64,000 nt of DNA, from assembly GCF_964204645.1 (NCBI RefSeq), contig NC_134027.1, positions 4,806,485 to 4,870,484 on the forward strand, written 5' to 3'. The notes beneath the pieces were generated by a model. The model made no database searches and was not told where the DNA came from. It saw only the letters and a program-made list of their open reading frames with translations. This DNA comes from Tubulanus polymorphus (Eukaryota; Animalia; Nemertea). Shown here in pieces: positions 61,790-64,000 of the stretch (the stretch's first letter is position 1; every line of letters begins with the position of its first letter). The translations under genes and the position numbers were made by a program.

Positions 61790-62510
61790 AAGACTATAAA
61801 TCAGGTATAGTATAAATTGCTATGAATTTCTTTGTAGATAAGAATGTTCTCAACTAGGATGGTAAGTTAGTATTACGTGTATTTCATATTTCCCTGTTGT
61901 AGCGTGTATTGATTTGGTCATCAAGTACAAACGATTGACAGGAAACATTCAGGATTGTTCCAGTTGTCGTTGAGAAATATTTAAGGTGTCATGAGTCTGA
62001 ATTGACTATGAATCAGGTAAAATTATATGTGATATGAACTTCTTTGCAGGAACAGTCGACTTAAAGAAGATGGTTACGTTTATTTTATGAACTTTTGTTG
62101 TAGCCAGTGGACTGTTGTTGTTAGAGATGCTCAAAACCAGAGGAAAGGAAAACATCAGAGTTCAGGAAGAATTGAGCAAATTCCGCAAGGTCCGAGTCAT
62201 GAATCTGAATTGACTATAAATCAGGTAAAATTGAAATTAGATGAATTTTGTTTTTATGAAGAGTCTTATGAATGAAAATCATAGTTTATTTAGTACATTG
62301 TTGTTGTAGTTAGTATTGAGTTATTCGTCACACAATACCAGATATCAAGATGGAAACGATACCGATGAAGCAGATCAATTTACTCGTGACAAACCGAAGA
62401 TTTATGTGTCTGAATCTACTAAAAAGCAAGTATAATTGAAATTTATTTTGAAGAAGCCTCAAAAATGATATCATTATTCATATTTTGTGTTTTCACATTG
62501 TAGTACATGT
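61790..62510 (+). repeat. Diverged repeat of about 210 bp (3-4 copies) containing paired ultra-short GT-AG segments
   Basis: GACTAT(A/G)AATCAG|GTA at about 61792, 62004 and 62212, with a degenerate copy at about 62417. Confidence 0.75.
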
Positions 62511-62563
62511 ATTGAGCTTCTGGTTGGCTGTAGAATATCAGACGACAGGAAAAGATCAAATCA

Positions 62564-63005
62564 GAGATGCCGACCAATTTCCCCGTCAATTCGGGACTTT
62601 CAGTGATTGTTACCACGGGTTAGCGTAGTTCCGTAGATGCCGACCAATTTCTCCATCAATTCCGGACTTTCAGTGTTTGTTACCGCAAGTTATCGTAGTT
62701 CCAGAGATGCCGACCAATTTCTCCGTCAAATCGGGACTTTCAATGTTTGTTACCGCGATTTATCATAGTTCCAGAGATGCCGACCAATTTCTCCGTCAAA
62801 TGGGGACTTTCAGTGTTTGTTACCGCGAGTTATCGTAGTTCCAGAGATGCCGACCAATTTCTCCGTCAAATCGGGACTTTCAGTGTTTGTTACCGCGAGT
62901 TATCGTAGTTCCAGAGATACCGACCAATTTCTCCGTCAAATCGGGACTTTAAGTGTTTGTTGCCGCGAGTTATCGTAGTTCCAGAGATGCCGACCAATTT
63001 CTCCG
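62564..63005. repeat. 70-bp tandem array (6.3 copies), highly homogeneous
   Basis: (G/T)AGATGCCGACCAATTT recurs at exact 70-bp steps from 62564 to 62984. Confidence 0.97.
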
Positions 63006-63951
63006 AGGCTGATAGCTTCAGTTTAGGTTGAATGTAAATTCACATTGTACATCTATTGGAAAATAAATATGAACTGATGGTTTGATTGGCTGGTTTGTTG
63101 TTGAATCTGATTGTGGGTTATCAATTACTGATGTGCTGCGACTTTGCGTTTTAAATGCATACATTTCAAAGGGCTTCTCTTGTTTTGTTGTGCTGGTTAA
63201 ATTATTTTGTAAATTATAATTGAGGATGTCAAACTTTGGTTTAGAGTATGAATGAATGCACTGTATATGTGGAGATTATGTACTTGTGACTTTGCGTTTG
63301 TTTTTGTAAATACATGTATTTCTTTAAGATGATTGTTTTTGTGTTGCATCTCATTCTGAGGATGTTAAACTCTTAACTCAAGATACTCAGTTTGCTCTTG
63401 ACTTGTTTGATTATTATATTGATGAAAACATTGATTTTATGGTGTTTGATTATCTGTTGAACTATTGTTTATGAATACCATTTGAACTACTAACCACTAG
63501 TTGTTTTAACATCAGTATCATTAGTGGTCAGTTGTTCACTACAAATTGTATGTGTTATTTTTTCTTTATATAATGTACGGTGGACTCTCTTAACTAGAAT
63601 CATTTCAAGTCCAGTTACTTTTATCTTGGAGTAATGATTCTCCAAGCTTACATCAAGTTGGACATAAACACATTGAACTATTGCATTGAAATTCTTTTAT
63701 CATCTGCAGGTGACAATTATCACCTCGTCTTAATTGATTCGAGTTAGTCAGGTCTATTGTACATGGATTCTTTTTTCTCTGGAAGTGAATTAAATGAAAC
63801 GAGGCGACAGTTGAACCTCATTAATACGATTGTGTTTAGGACGTAAACCGTTTATTACGATCAGATTTCAAGCATGTCCCGGCTAATTTTCATCGATCCA
63901 TATTTTCATAATACGACAATTTCATTTTCAACAATAAGATTTGTATTTAAC

Positions 63952-63974
63952 CATAGAACTCTATGAGTTCTATG
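63952..63974. mobile_element. 23-bp hairpin insertion flanked by a 7-bp direct repeat
   Basis: ATTTAAC|CATAGAACTC-TAT-GAGTTCTATG|ATTTAAC. Confidence 0.6.
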
Positions 63975-64000
63975 ATTTAACTAAGGATCCACTGTAAAAT

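Noticed and set aside
54268-63005. Regular 62-, 70- and 72-bp arrays as CRISPR arrays
   Set aside because: Whole units repeat with no unique spacers, there are no cas genes, and the context is eukaryotic.
40200-64000. Assembly contamination or chimera as the explanation of the island
   Set aside because: It shares the piggyBac MITE and Penelope-like families with introns of host genes in the same window. Read-level checking is still advisable.

Overview
AT-rich animal (invertebrate-type) genomic DNA in two distinct halves. Bases 1-40.1 kb are gene-dense with short spliceosomal introns (mostly about 70-110 nt). In order they hold: the 3' end of axonemal dynein heavy chain DNAH3 (with a U12-type intron); an uncharacterised 236-aa gene hosting an antisense intronic tRNA-Ala(AGC); ALDH5A1/SSADH; NOB1 head-to-head with the piRNA helicase MOV10L1; DALRD3; an intronless class A GPCR and a decayed copy; an EF-hand protein; an intact 1060-aa dynamin-like GTPase/TM-hairpin/protein-kinase gene (DSTYK-like, with two CxxC inserts in the kinase N-lobe); and MVD. 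MITEs and Penelope-like remnants carrying minimal hammerhead-ribozyme motifs are scattered through introns and spacers. Bases 40.2-64 kb contain no recognisable host gene. They hold a CCAAT/CRE/TATA promoter driving a hidden three-exon orphan gene with two nonsense codons, an antisense BEL/Pao remnant, SINEs, decayed orphan ORFs and about ten unrelated tandem arrays. Three of these arrays are built from ultra-short (about 31-41 nt) GT-AG intron-like segments, roughly half the size of the host introns, which is the most unusual signal in the window. All calls come from reading the sequence by eye and from recalled family motifs; no searches were run.
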